DNA of 55,226 nt, filler included, from Malassezia furfur (lineage: Eukaryota), in the NCBI GenBank assembly GCA_052055015.1. It is 3 parts of 3 records of this genome, joined end to end, with 100 filler letters (N's around TTAATTAATTAA, not from the genome) between each part and the next. Parts side by side here need not be neighbours in the genome. Positions count along the whole stretch, not along the records: positions 37,018 to 55,226 come from JBQJIT010000209.1; 2 more parts are not named here. One strand, 5' to 3'. Numbering within the stretch: position 1 is the stretch's first letter; every line of letters starts with the position of its first letter. The position numbers and the translations under genes were made by a program. Below the pieces are notes generated by a model. That model was not told the origin of the DNA, did not search any database, and worked only from the letters and a program-made list of their open reading frames with translations. Below, one piece after another: positions 54,499 through 55,226 of this stretch.

Positions 54499-55226
54499 AT
54501 GACCGACAGCCTGCCGCAGCTGTCGGCGCTGTGCCGCCGTGGTACGTAGTGCGCGCTCATCCAGTCATTCTGCGGAATTTGGCAGGTAGGTGTGCGTGCT
54601 GATGCAGCGGTGCACGACCTGGGCGATATGCCGTACCGGCTCGCGCGGCCCATCTTACAGCAGTGTCGGCCTGAGCAGCTGCGCGAACTCGAGGCGGCCT
54701 CGCCGGTATGTCGCCACACTGACGCAGCACCTCGCCGAGGACACCGAGGGTACGCTGCCAGCTCACGCAGAACTCTGGCAGCACGCGTGCCTGCGCGACT
54801 TCTCCGATCTGCGCAAGCTCCACGAGGACGGCGCACTGCCGCCGCCCGCGAGCTGGCGGACGCTGTACAATGTAGGTGTGTCTCTCACGCAGGACAAGCA
54901 GCAGCAGATCGAAGCGGCCAAGGCCGCAGCGACCGCCAAAATCAAGGGGCGGTACGCCGAGCACAGTGCACAGAAGGATGCCAAAAAAATGGTCGTGAGC
55001 GACGTCAACTTGCGCCCGGCACGCGCGCGCGCCAAGGCGCCCAAGGCGCCGGTCACCGCCGGGCAGGCCATGATGGCCCGTGCGCGTAACGGGTCGGCGA
55101 TGCAAATGCGCCGCATGATGCTCATCCCGCCGCGGTCGGGGGCACGCGCAGCACCCTCATCCGCGCAGGGGTTTGTGCGTGCGGCGCCGGCACCGCGTCC
55201 GCGCGTTGCCGAGGACGCCGCGCCGC
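54499..55226 (+). CDS. ELA1: Elongin A-like protein (3' partial); at least 5 introns
   Basis: Spliced product MTDSLPQLSALCRRVILRNLAAVHDLGDMPYRLARPILQQCRPEQLRELEAASPHLAEDTEELWQHACLRDF...SWRTLY (BC box plus Elongin A domain). Introns at 54542-54564, 54586-54607, 54706-54727, 54750-54770 and 54872-54892. Confidence 0.85.

Noticed and set aside
1..55226. CRISPR arrays, tRNA/rRNA genes, transposons, horizontally acquired bacterial genes, centromere
   Set aside because: No repeat-spacer array, cloverleaf, transposase/RT motif, terminal repeats or extended AT-rich trough was seen. All identifiable genes are typical eukaryotic or fungal forms.

Overview
This is eukaryotic (fungal) genomic DNA that is GC-rich and extremely gene-dense. 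Gene content, compactness and intron style fit a Malassezia-like basidiomycete yeast, but the species cannot be determined from sequence alone. I can support about 36 protein-coding genes, nearly all housekeeping: GCD6, CAB3/PPCDC, ARA2-like, PGK1, AMD1, SPC34, zf-HIT, BUD16, RED-like, POL1, fused BIO3-BIO1, MPP10, PEX39-like, TRM6, PGS1, an ING-family PHD gene, MSH2, NDUFAF4-like, SEC9, ATP23, MET10, RPS7, YVH1, OST2, SUP35, DUF1640, RDI1, a CUE1-like gene, NDUFB9, a Pho85-type cyclin, a TBC RabGAP, Elongin A and a few orphans. There are two artificial 100-nt scaffold gaps. I found no tRNA, rRNA, transposon or CRISPR signal. The main feature missed by the ORF track is a set of 47 hand-traced spliceosomal introns; 39 are only 21-26 nt long (median 23), and 11 are in-frame and stop-free. 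Removing them reveals genes that the ORF list shows only in fragments, including a KPWE-motif PEX39-like peroxin and Elongin A with micro-exons. Other notable observations are a divergent RED-like splicing factor, near-zero intergenic spacers, CACGTG E-boxes concentrated in those spacers, a prion-like Sup35 N-domain and an extended Spc34. All intron calls come from splice consensus plus restored reading frame and recalled protein motifs. None is confirmed by RNA data.
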